Source: Vezdaea acicularis (lineage: Eukaryota). From it: a DNA stretch of 64,000 bases. The notes below the pieces were generated by a model. The model was not told where the DNA came from. It worked only from the letters and a program-made list of their open reading frames with translations, and searched no databases. Below are positions 23,857 to 35,465 of the stretch, one piece after another; within the stretch, counting starts at the first letter, position 1, and every line of letters begins with the position of its first letter. The stretch covers positions 1-64,000 of the forward strand of contig JAPEUI010000025.1 of the NCBI GenBank assembly GCA_026025075.1, given 5' to 3'. The position numbers and the translations under genes were made by a program.

Positions 23857-25837
23857 ATGAACGGCGATAGCTACTCTTCTAGAGGCATGGCTCCAACATC
23901 AACAAAACCTCGCAAGCCTTTGGAGACTGGTACTAACATTAAGACTGAAGCAGATGCTAGATATGGATCATCTCGCGACGCATATGTAAGTCACCAGAGG
24001 ACAATTCCTTACCCTTTAATGAACTTCTGGACACAGTTGCTAATAAAATTTTAGGGTCGAGGAGACCGAGACGACCGACGGGATCGAGACCGCCATAGAG
24101 ACAGCCGACGACGCTCTCGTTCACCAGGCCATGGCCATAGATCATCTCGTCGGGATACGGAGGTAGATTCTTATTCGTCCAGCCGTGACTACAGAGCGAA
24201 AGAACGAGAAGAGAGATACTCAGGGCGAGACCGTCGGGATGGCCGAGACGACCGAGATTGGGACAGGGACCGAGGATACTCACGGCGAGAAGCTCGGAGA
24301 GACGATGATGACAGACCTCCCAGAAGAGATAGGGATCCATTTGGTGAAGATCGACGAGGCGGACCGCGACGTGGGCCACGGGATGATTTCGGCGGAGGAG
24401 CAATGGGCGGCGGCGGTGGTGGCAGAGAGCGAAAGAAAAGCATGAGCCCTCCACCAAAGAAGAAAGAGCCAACTCCAGACTTGACGGACATAACGCCTGT
24501 ATTGGATCGAAAGCGAAGGTTGACACAATGGGATATCAAACCACCAGGCTACGAGAACGTTACCGCTGAACAGGCGAAGCTTTCAGGTAAGAATCTCAGC
24601 TAGAGAATCAATATCTTGATTACTTGATGTCAAAGCTAATCAAACTTTTTCTTAGGCATGTTCCCTCTACCAGGCGCTCCACGACAACAACCAATGGACC
24701 CTAGCCGCCTCCAAGCTTTCATGGCCCAGCCCAGCGGCGCAGCTACCAATACAGCCCTGAAGCCTTCTAACGCCAGACAGTCCAAACGATTATTCGTCCA
24801 CAATATCCCCGCCTCTGCTACAGAAGAGAGCATCATCAACTTCTTCAATCTGCAACTGAACGGTCTGAATGTAATTGAAGGCAGTGACCCCTGCATCTCC
24901 GCGCAACTATCGAAAGATCGCGAGTTCGCCCTCCTCGAATTCAAGCAATCTACCGATGCCACCGTCGCCCTAGCTCTAGATGGCATCTCAATGGAAGAGA
25001 ACGATGCTATGGAGACGAGTAACGGCACGGCCAACGGCTCCTCAAACGGCCTTTCCATCCGCAGACCTAAAGACTACATCGTCCCGTCCTTCGCGGACGA
25101 TACGCCCATGGAAGAGGGCGGCGTCTCCAGCTCCGTGCCCGACACCCAGAACAAAGTCAGCGTAACCAACATCCCGCCATACCTCAGCGATGAGCAAGTG
25201 ATGGAACTGCTCGTCGCCTTTGGCGAACTCAAAGCCTTCGTACTCGTCAAAGACCGGTCGACGGACGAAAGCCGCGGCATCGCCTTCTGCGAATACACCG
25301 ACCCAGCCTACACCGACATCGCCGTCGAAGGCCTTAACGACATGGACATCGGCGACCGCAAACTGCGCGTCAAGCGCGCCAGCATCGGCAACCAGCAAGC
25401 CTCCGGCCTTGAAATGAGCGTCAACGCCATGAGCATGCTCGCCGGCACCACCTCGCAGGACCTCGACGAAGGCCGCGTCCTGCAGCTCCTCAACATGGTC
25501 ACCGCCGAAGAACTCATCGACCAGGACGACTACGACGAGATCTGCGAGGACGTCAAGGAAGAGTGCCAGCGCTATGGCCCCGTCCTCGACATGAAGGTGC
25601 CCCGCCCCACTGGCGCGAGCAGGCAGGCCGCCGGCGTCGGCAAGATCTTCGTCAGGTTCGATACGCCCGAGAGTGCGGGCAAGGCCCTGAGGGCCCTCGC
25701 GGGCAGGAAGTTCGCGGATAGGACCGTCGTCACGACGTTCTTCTCTGAGGTGAGTCCCGTTTGCTTTTTAGGCGCCGTCAAAAGTATGCTTGTTGCTAAC
25801 GCTGTTGCAGGAAAATTACGAGGTCAATGCATGGTAG
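23857..25837 (+). CDS. U2AF2: Splicing factor U2AF large subunit (U2AF65/Prp2/Mud2 family)
   Basis: RS/RD-rich N-terminus, ULM RKRRLTQWDIKPPGYE, two RRMs and a UHM (GVGKIFV..AGRKFADRTV). Exons 23857-23884, 23954-23985, 24055-24586, 24656-25749, 25811-25837. Confidence 0.95.
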
Positions 25838-26271
25838 GGGAGATGGAATTGGGGATCTGTTACTTAGTTCCGAAAGATCTTCCAGGGAGAGTCTACATGC
25901 CACACTCGCCGTGCCAACATCCATCTAGGGCCTCAACGGCTACTTCTACCTGGGCTGTTTCAGTGGCTCTACAGGTACTCCTTTGTAATTCTAGGACGCG
26001 TCACCATTTCACACAAATGCAAGCAAGCGGGCTCTAAATAAATGGGGTGATCAAAAGAATGTGTTTGTGCTTAGTATGCAAGAAGAAGAGCAGGGACTAA
26101 GTCCCCAATGTGAGGGGGAGAGACACAAACGCAAATGATCGTGATGTATCCATGCAAACAAACGACAGAGCGATTGCCCATTCGCTGTGGAATAAGGGCT
26201 CCTCCGCCAAACCCAAAACCCCGAGACCCAAACCAAAACACCTGGAAGAGTCCTCCCTTTTATTCCCTTAA

Positions 26272-26434
26272 TGTTGATGCCTTGAATGCCTCAGCAGGCA
26301 GTTTGTCCTTAACCTCTGTAAAGTTCATATTCGAGTCCTGAGTCCCTCCCTCCCTTCCTTCCTTCCTTCCTTTCACGTCGATGGCGTGAACGCCTCAGCA
26401 GGCAGCCTGTCCTTGACCTCCTCGAATTTCATAT
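26272..26434 (-). repeat. Diverged direct duplication (~59 nt, 104-nt offset) of the last mex67 codons, separated by a CCTT-type microsatellite
   Basis: 26376-26434 encodes MKFEEVKDRLPAEAFTPST; 26272-26330 encodes MNFTEVKDKLPAEAFKAST. Confidence 0.85.
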
Positions 26435-28027
26435 ATGCCGCTTGCAGGTTCCAGGCATTGTCATTAAGACACTCCCCTGAGAACTGCAGCGTCATGCCGG
26501 TGAGGTAACTGAGATCAATCGCCTTCCGTTCTTGGTCGACTTGATCCTCTGTCTTGTCGGTAGTCGGCACGCCGAAGCCCTGGGGGATGATGGGCTTAGG
26601 TTTGGTTTCGGCAGAGTTGCTAATGGTGGTCAATTGAGGGAACCACAGCTGTAGGGTTGTTCCGAAGGCTGGGTCGTTCTTCTCGATCGGGTTGTTTTGG
26701 AGGTAGATAAGTTCGAGTTTGGAGAACTTGTTCTTCCAGTAGGAGAGTGCCTTCAGGTCTGGGATGCAGTTGTCTGAGAGGTCTAGGTTCTTCAGACCTG
26801 GGAATTGTTGTGATAGTGATATTATGGTAGAGACGGACGGGATTGCATTTGAAGCGAGTGTGACGCTTTCGACAGCCGCGTCCCTCTTCTCGGTTGTAGG
26901 GAACGCGTCATCGAAGACGACCATGAGTGCTTGGAATAGCTTTGAGTGGCTGGTGCCATTGAGGTCGAACAAATTCTCGTCCTTGAGTGCAATGAGGGCT
27001 TCATCTTTTCCCAATGCAGCAAGATCTAATAGCTTGCTAGCTGGGTTGAATCGGCGATCGAGAATTGACTTGAGAACCGCTTTGGTTGAAATCTTCGGCG
27101 TTTCTGACTTGAGCAGTTCGGATTTGTCATTTTGCACCTGGTGTAAGGTTAGCATTGGGGGGACTTAATTTGAGGGTACGCGGAAGACTTACTCTTGGTG
27201 AGCGTTTGTTCACTTCTTCGATCAAGAGCACCGCTCCCGCGAACGTGAATTTGTTTAGGCGAAGAACTTTAGAAGTGTCCTCTTGCTTTAGGTAGATGAC
27301 AAATGCATCACCTTCACAGAATGACTGCACAGAAAATAGATCAGTACACCTCGTCAGTGTCGGACGGCGGGTCCTAAGGAGGCATGGCCAGAAAGTCGCC
27401 AGGCAGCTCTTGTGGTCATCGTTCTGAATGTAGCAAAGTAACGATAGTGACCTAGAAGAGTGGGCTTTGTTCCTGCTGCCTCCTATGCTGGTGAGAGCAT
27501 CGGCAACGTACCTTCTGGATCTTGGCGGAGTGGGGTGACTCTCGGTTTCCAGTGGCTTTCCGCTCGATCCAAGCGCTGAGGGATGCACGGCCAGCGTCAG
27601 GGCTATCTGCGATCTTGCTGTCAAGGTATCCCCGAATGGCGACACGATCCATTTCAGCCAGCGGTGATAAAGACCTTTGACGTGTTCTCGGTCTTGAATT
27701 GGGGGCTTCTTGGCGTGTTCTCGGACTTAGGTTGAAACGTTCTTGGGCGGCTTCGTCTTGTAACGCTCTCTTGAGGGCGTTGCGATTTGCAGTGGAGAGT
27801 GCCCTTTGGGGACCTCCGCGAGAGTGATGCTCTGAGGTGCTCCGCCCGCTACGATGTTTGAGTAGACCTGTCGCTGAACCGCCCATGTCGACATCGCCAT
27901 CTCTGTCAACTCTTGTTGAGGCTCTACCGGGGCGCTTCTTGTCAACGCCTCGACCGGAGAGACTGGCTTTGTGGCCCAGTTTGGATCTTGAGTGTTGGAG
28001 CTTCGAGAGATTTTGATTGCTCGACAT
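26373..28027 (-). CDS. mex67: mRNA export factor Mex67/NXF1 (470 aa): basic N-terminus, RRM-like, LRR and TAP-C/UBA, with no NTF2-like domain
   Basis: RVDRDGDVDMG, LRLNKFTFAGA, RRFNPASKLLDL, LRRs (SVTLASNAI, LKNLDLSDNCI, LIYLQNNPI), TAP-C TGMTLQFSGECLNDNAWNLQAA..LPAEAF. Exons 28027-27512, 27324-27193, 27137-26373. Confidence 0.88.
27377..27484 (-). other. Extended imperfect RNA hairpin inside mex67 intron 1
   Basis: Nested complementary blocks: AGGAGGCA/TGCCTCCT, AAAG/CTTT, CCA/TGG, CTCTT/AAGAG, GGTC/GACC, ATCGTT/AACGAT, closing a 16-nt loop. Confidence 0.65.
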
Positions 28028-29271
28028 CCTATTTTTACTTTCTAGGGGGCGATTCAGGTGGAGGTGGTGCGTAGTTGTGTAAGGGTAGGGAGATTATGAG
28101 CGGCTTCGCTTGAGGAGGTCGTGTGTGTAATTGAGGTTTGTGAGAGCGTACAAGAACGAGCGCGTTGTGTGATTGTATTGTGTGTGTGTAGTGCAAGAAC
28201 GTTTCGTGTAAGTGTGGTTTGAGAACGTATTGTATAGAAGTATTGTGAGACCGTGACGTGAGCGTGAGCGTGAGAACGTGATTTGTAAGCGTGTAGCGAG
28301 AGCGTGACGTAGCCGTGCTATTGAGTTGGCAGAGACTTGAGAGCGATGGATCTGAGCGGAAGCGGCTGTGTGACTGGAATTGGGAGAGAGCCGAGAGTGT
28401 GAGAGGTTTTGCAAGCGGACTTGTAAGTATCAGTACGCTTGCACAGAAGTTGCAGTAGAAGCTGGCCAATAGCGACTGTGTTTGGCAGTAATTTTGCTTC
28501 GACGAGTTGGATGGTGGATGCTTCTTGCTGCTTTCTGCTGGGAGAATATGTAGGAGAGATGGAGGAAAAGGGCAGGGGGTCCTGCCTTTATAGTCGGTGG
28601 ATACTCGCTGTACCAGCCATTTTTTATTAGCTGCATGGCGCTATAGACGATTTAGCGTTTATTACTCACAAAATTTCTGCCTTGTCGCCCGAAAATACAC
28701 CCTTCCGGCTCAGAGCTCTTTCCTTATTCGGGGTTTCTAGGCCGCTAAGCACCACGCATGTGACGGCCGTGACAGCTGCAAGTGTGCTCGAGGGCGCGCA
28801 GCGCGCAGAAGCATGTGAATTTTCGGAGAGTCGGGTGAAGGAGAGGGTGATGAAGAAGGTATAATGGGTGATCGTGAGGTCTGAATCACAGGGTTGAGGC
28901 TCTGTCGTAAGGATGTCTGATTAGTGGCGTAAATTATCTGCCGGTCTCCGCAAGAGGAATGGCGTGACAGGGGTGAGATCGCGGGTGAGACATGGGCCAA
29001 AAAACCGAAAATGTGGCCTCTGGATGAGGTACTCGAGACGAAATATTGTACGAGTACAGCAATGCATTAAGAATTCTTGATATCTGAGCTATTGGGTCTC
29101 AACAGTAGCTTGGCCTTTCTCATGTCTCGGCGTTGAATCGTTAATTTACGTGCAGTACGAGCTTCTCAGGGGGATTACCTCGCGCGGTTGTCTCTGCGAC
29201 GAGCTCTCCTTCACACTCGGACGCAGTACCCTGACAGGTCATCCAGCATCATATACGATTGAAATATCAAA

Positions 29272-30744
29272 ATGCCCGCCAAATCACGGTTTACACGCCT
29301 TGACGCGTTCACAAAGACTGTGGAAGATGCCCGGGTGCGCACAACTTCAGGGGGTATCGTTACAATCACCTCTCTGATCATCCTATTCTACCTAGTATGG
29401 GGCGAATGGGCGGACTACAGGAGGGTAGTGGTACATCCTGAGCTCGTAGTAGATAAGGGTCGAGGTATGCCAGCGCACAGCGAATACTTGTGGACGTGTC
29501 TAACACCCTCGCAGGAGAGAAGATGGAGATTCACCTCAATATATCCTTTCCCCGCATGCCCTGCGAGCTACTCACCCTTGACGTGATGGACGTCTCAGGC
29601 GAGCAGCAAGTAGGCGTCATGCACGGCGTGAACAAAGTGCGATTAGCACCAGTGAGCCAGGGCGGCCACGTCATAGAAGTAAAGGCATTGGACCTGTGCG
29701 TCTCCTCTCCCTCAACATCCTTCATCAAGCACTTTTCCCCAGCGCTCTTCACCCGCCGCTCCCCCCCAGCGTACTTCCCCCGAAGATTTCTCCAGCTAAC
29801 GAATCCCCAGGCACGAAGAGTCCGCCGCACACCTCGACCCCTCTTACTGCGGCAGCTGCTACGGTCCGCCAGCACTCCCTACAGCCTCCAAGCCCGGCTG
29901 CTGCAACACCTGCGAAGAAGTACGCGAAGCCTATGCGGCCGTAAGTTGGGCCTTCGGACGGGGCGAAGGCGTCGAGCAATGCGAGCGCGAGGGGTACGGC
30001 AAACGGCTGGACGAGCAGCGCAACGAAGGGTGCCGGATCGAGGGGGGAATCCGTGTCAACAAGGTGGTCGGCAACTTCCACATCGCGCCGGGCCGTAGCT
30101 TCAGCAACAATAACATGCACGTGCACGACCTGGAGAACTACTTCAACAGCCCGGCCGAGGTGCCGCATACCTTCACACACGAGATCCACGGCCTCCGCTT
30201 TGGCCCGGAGCTGCCAGAGCGCGTGACCCGCCAGGCCATCGCCGCCGGCACCCCCTGGACCAACCACCACAGCAACCCGCTCGACGGCACCGCCCAGACC
30301 ACCGACGACGCCCAATTCAACTTCATGTACTTCATCAAAGTCGTCTCGACGGCGTACCTACCCCTGGGATGGGAGCCGAAGTTGCGCGCGCGTGATGCCA
30401 CGCCCGACCCCGTCTCCATCGGCGCCTACGGCCACGCGGACGACGGCCGCATTGAAACCCACCAGTTCAGCGTCACCAGCCACAAGCGCAGTCTTATGGG
30501 CGGCGACGACGCTCAAGACGGCCATAAGGAGCGTCTCCATGCCCGCGGCGGCATCCCCGGCGTCTTCTTCAGCTACGATATCAGCCCCATGAAGGTCATC
30601 AACCGCGAGGCAAGGACGAAGTCTTTCACCGGCTTCTTGACGGGCGTCGCGGCCGTTATTGGGGGGACGTTGACGGTGGCGGCCGCGGTGGATAGAGGAT
30701 TGTATGAGGGTAGCATACGCGTGAAGAAGCTGCATCAGCGCTAG
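29272..30744 (+). CDS. erv46: COPII vesicle cargo receptor Erv46 (ERGIC3 family)
   Basis: LDAFTKTVEDARVRTTSGG, PCELLTLDVMDVSGE, YCGSCYG..CCNTCEEV, GNFHIAPG, GGIPGVFFSYDISPM. Introns 29465-29514 and 29696-29810. Confidence 0.95.
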
Positions 30745-30958
30745 TACGCTGTTCTGGAAGGGAGGGGTGTTTGTAATGGCGTTTTCTCTGGTCCCTTTGG
30801 TCTATGGTAGCAAAAAATGTATTTTGAGCATTTTGACTGCATGAAATCCTCTGGCGGGGCGGAAAGGATGGGTTGAGTGGAAGAGAGAGAAGAATATTTT
30901 TTGATATGCTGACAGCGTAAACGCCATACATGACAAACCATCCGAACAACAACCCCAA

Positions 30959-32241
30959 TTACAGCTTCGCCCGCCCCCCCTCGACCTCCCGACTTCCCTG
31001 ACGCCTCTGCAAGCCCTCCACCAGCTCCCACGCCAGCTCCCCAAACCGCCCCACCATACTCGCGTGCTCGCCTGCCCGCTCCGAACTGGCTTGCCCCCGT
31101 GCCAACCGCGCTTTGATCCCTTGACAGATGACAGCAGCGCGCAACATGGCGAAAGCCGCGCCCCACTCCAAGTCCGGGGCGGGATCCCAGCCAGCCGCCT
31201 GTGCATACCAGCTCAAAGCCTCGTCACGGGAGGGGATGCCGGGGGTGCAGTCGCGGACGGCGAAGGAGCAGGCGCTGCGCGTGTAGGATGTCATGCGCGG
31301 ATGTGAGGCGAGGAGGTAGGGGGTGAGCAGGTTGGAGAGGTCACTTAGGGGGTGGCCGAGGGTGCTCATTTCCCAGTCGAGGATGGCGATGACGCGTGGG
31401 GCGGTGGGGTGGAAGATGAGGTTGTCGATTTTGTAGTCGCCGTGGATTAGGGCGGTGCGGTCGGTGGGCTGGGTGGCGCGGTCGCTGAAGAAGGATGTAA
31501 GGGCGGAGAAGTGTGGGATGGCGCCCACGGGGGTGGAGGTGGAGAGATCGAGGGTATCGGCTTGGGCAGGGGAGAGGGTCCGAAAGGTCTTCAGTTGGCG
31601 GTTGTAGAAGTGGAAGGGGGCGCCGTAGTCGGTGAGGGAGAGAGAGGCGGGAGGGGCGCGGTGGAGCTTTGCGAGGGTGAGGATTGCCGCATGCCACCTG
31701 TTTTTGCTAGAGATCAGCTATGCTTCGATAATTTGCAGTAAGGGTGTGTCCAAGGAGACCACTTACAGCTCCCGCCGCTGCTGCGGCCCGACACCAGGGA
31801 AGCCCGGATCCTCGAATATCCTACCGTCGACAAACTCCATCACGTAGAAGGGCGTTCCCAGGATGGTTTCATCCTCGCAGAGGCCATACGCCTTCGGCAC
31901 AGGCACCTCGGTCCCCTGCAGCGCATGGATGACACGGTATTCCCGCTCGACCTTGTGCGCCGTCTTGCTGACTAGCTTGCCGGGCGGCTTCTTTCGTAGG
32001 ACAAAGTGATTCCCATTGTGGTCGATGAGTTTGTAGGTGGGATTTGATTGTCCAAAGCCAAACTGGAAAGACAGTTGTTAGTGTGAGGAGGGCCACGTGG
32101 GGGCGGGCTGGGGAGAGGGAAAGGGTAGGAAATTGCAAGTACCTGCTGGATGCTAATTGGGGTCTTGATGGAGGGAATGTGCGTGTCGATATACCGCTCC
32201 AAAGAGGGAACGTCAATGGGTTGCCGCACGGCGCCCGCCAT
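30959..32241 (-). CDS. APH/choline-kinase-like phosphotransferase (ACAD10/11 N-terminal-like), probably peroxisomal
   Basis: [65 protein letters not shown]-terminal -AKL (PTS1); two introns. Confidence 0.9.
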
Positions 32242-33040
32242 GGTCGCTGATGTCATGGGAACGGCATCTTCGTGAGACCCAGAGACGGATATCAAAGCTC
32301 GGAGCGGGACAGGATGTCGGGATTTTCAGCCGAGGTCCAGCTTCAAATAGAGCGCGAACCTATCGTTTTTTGGGTCTTGAGTACAAATGTGCAATTTTCG
32401 TCCATTTACAACAGAAAACTCGATGCCCTTTTAAGACAAAGCTCTAGGTATTTGTAGGGCCACCATTCATGCATGCTTATGTCCGTGAGATTGTCCCCTT
32501 CCGTGCATTCGAAAGCCCGGCGATGCACTCGTAGGAACCTAGGATGAACCCCAACGTTAGGACTAGAAAAATCTCCCTACGTCTCAAAATCATTCCATTT
32601 TTTTGCATCACGGTAGAAAATAATCGCAATAATCGAGAAGTGTAGAGCTGTCATTAATTTGGTCATCTATGCATTGCTAGTATCCACCATATCCGAACCC
32701 ATTCCTAGCTTATAACTCTAGCATCCGACGACCGCCCATTCGTGGCGAGAAATGTATCCCCTCAGGAAAAGAAAGCATCGTTGCTCTTATGCTGGTGGTC
32801 AAATCGTGGAAATTTCCCAGTCCAAACGCCGTTGGAAAGCACGTTGCTACGCTTGTATCAATGAATCGAATAACGGGCCGTCATTTGATTAATTCTGGAA
32901 AAAGCCTCTCGTATGCCATGCTCCCTCATGATGCAAATCGAACAGAACGGAAGGGGCGAAAGGAAGAAAAAAGAAAATGCCCGCAGAATCGTGTCTGTCT
33001 CAGGGTTGTAATTTTGATGATTGGTATTGCTTCAGCCACG

Positions 33041-35465
33041 TCACACTCGCCCGAAGAGCGGATCCGCCATGTCGATAGCTAGCTGGTTCTCGTCGCTATC
33101 TTCCGAGCTCCCGGATCCATGCGAAGAAGGCGTGGGACTGCGTATTGGGGTTGCGCCCCATACTGGCTCTTGTACAGACGGAGGTACTGAGTTCCCCACA
33201 AGGAAGCGTGAAGGGCCTGTATAAGATTGTTAGCATTGAACATGACTAGCTGTGTCAAAACTTCTCCATGCCTTCACATCAACTCCATGAGATAATTGGG
33301 AAGGGGCCGAAAGGCTTCGTCAAGATCGATTGAAAAACCGTCAAAAAAAATAAATTAGATGGGTACTGACCGGGTATAGAGCTGGGATAGTCGGTCGCAG
33401 TAGCTCGACGGATCGTGTTTTCAAAGGGGTTTGAGGACATTTGCGGCCCTTGGTATGGCGGATAATATCCTCGCGTCTCTCGGGCGGGTAAAAGCGATGG
33501 GCCATCGCGGCTTCTTCTACGTGAGCCTCGAACGACTGGCGAGGGACGGTTGGCATGGGGTGCTGTGCGGTTTCGAATTGTCCGAGCTGTGACTGAATCT
33601 GATCCGTTTGCTTCGGGAAGATCCATTCGCTGATCAAATTCCGAAGGGTCTCCGTATCGCCCTGTAGTGGCGAGCCACTGTGCAAATTCAGTAGCGGTCT
33701 GAGGTGCTCTCTCGGCCAGCCCCGCCAGTGATGATGGCCGACGGAAATGACCCCTCTCTTCGCTAGCTCTTACTCTTCTCATCATCGACACGGGGACCGT
33801 ATCGCCCTTACCCAACTCTGACCGGCAAGATGGACAGGTTGTATGTTCCTCAAACCACTTTCGAATGCAAGTTTTCCCGAAAATATGCCCACAAGGCACC
33901 TTGACAGGGTTTTCCGCAGGCTCGTCTGGGCTGGGCTTGCCGTATTCCTCGTAGCAGATGCTGCACCAGCGATCCTCTTTGTCAATCGCCGATATTTCGA
34001 CTTGGGGTAGACTTTCGAGGAAAGTAGCTTTGGCACGCCTCGGTCCATAATGCCTCAATGCAGATTCTGGAGGATAGTCTGCATGTCGACTTCGATAAGG
34101 GTACCCGTTGCCGTCGAGTGGAAGACCATCTGCCCTATCGGCCCTCCTCGCCATATTTTCTATGAACCGCAGTCGTTCTCGTTCTGAATCGCTACCCAGA
34201 TTCCTCATTGCCATCGCCCGAGCACGGAATTCTTCCAGGTTGGGGGCCTGACCCGGGGTACTGCTTGTCGGTCTGCCGTTCTCCCGTCTCTCTCGACGTC
34301 GATGGTCTACGAACTCTCGAAAGTCATTGAGCGGCATGCCGGAGACACCGGTGTTCTGGCGTAGCTGGGACTGCACCGCATTCGACGAAAAGCGCCCCGA
34401 AGCCATATAAGCGCGGACGTCCGCTTGAAATTCATCAGCCTCTTGTTGGGCGTTCGACGGAGGTGTCGGGTCCGGTCGTAGACTCGCCACGGATTCGATG
34501 AAACCCCGCCTCGGATCCCCACTACTCAAAAGAGCCGCATAAGAGTCTTCGGGGAAGTTTCCACCGACTCTTTGTCCATCTCTCGACAAGAGGCTTGCGA
34601 ATCTAGGATGGCGGCTGGTTGAGTTACCTCGCGCTCGAGAATTTGCTGGTTCCGGGCTGTGTTGACGTGGAGGACCCGAGGGAATGTTTAGACTGAAATT
34701 GGGGGCATGAGGGTAGTGTACAGGGGTACTGCCAATGTAAGTGGAGTTTGGGATTCCTGGTGGCGAGGAATCTGTGTTGTGTACTGGATAGAACGGTAGC
34801 CCTTGCAGCGGTATGTTCGACGGATAACTTTGGTGAAAATTTATGAACGGCTGCGAGGGCTGGGATATTCCTGCCATCGAATTACGGCGTTCGTGCGCCG
34901 GTTGCGTCGATTGTCCGACCGAAGATGGACGATCCGTTGTGGATGTCGTCCTTCCCAGCGTCGGCAATGTCGTTGTCGTTGCTGGTGCCCCATTTGGAGG
35001 AAGTGCTGGTGTATTGGTGTTTCCCGCACCTGCCCCACCCTGATTATTGCCTTGAGGCGGCTCATACCGATTCATTTGCGATATGAAGGGAAGTTGGTTA
35101 TTGTTCGCCCCCCACCCGAACGGTCCTCTGTTCATCTGCTCTCGATTCCCACTGTAACCTGCGTTGTAGGGGGCTTGTGCGAAGGGATTTCCGGAGAACT
35201 GAGAATGTGTTTGATAAGGAGGACTGTATGGACCGTTGTGATAAGAAAGAGGTTGGGAGGGGTTCGGTAGATTCGGATGAGGGTGCGAGAACGTGTGATT
35301 ATTCGGCTGGATAGGCTGAAAATGGACCGCCTGGAAAGGCCGGAGATCCTGTGTCTGAGACCACGGTACATATGGACAATCAGTTCGAGTCTGGTTCTCT
35401 GCACCTGTTCTCGTGATGGTCGGATGTGGACCTTGCATTTCATAGTCCATCACGTCTGGGTCCAT
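33041..35465 (-). CDS. San1-like RING ubiquitin ligase with long disordered regions
   Basis: CSICYEEY...PCGHIFGKTCIRKWFEEHTTCPSCR, with Gly at the fifth Zn-ligand position as in San1. Intron 33370-33217 gives an open last exon ending at 33041. The start codon is uncertain. Confidence 0.75.

Noticed and set aside
27350..27356. CTGACGA (hammerhead core-like) on the minus strand in the mex67 intron
   Set aside because: No downstream GAAA or stem II; more likely a branch-point-like CTGAC.
28629..28641. AGCTGCATGGCGC resembles the 5' end of a fungal initiator tRNA
   Set aside because: No anticodon arm, T-loop or acceptor-stem partner follows.
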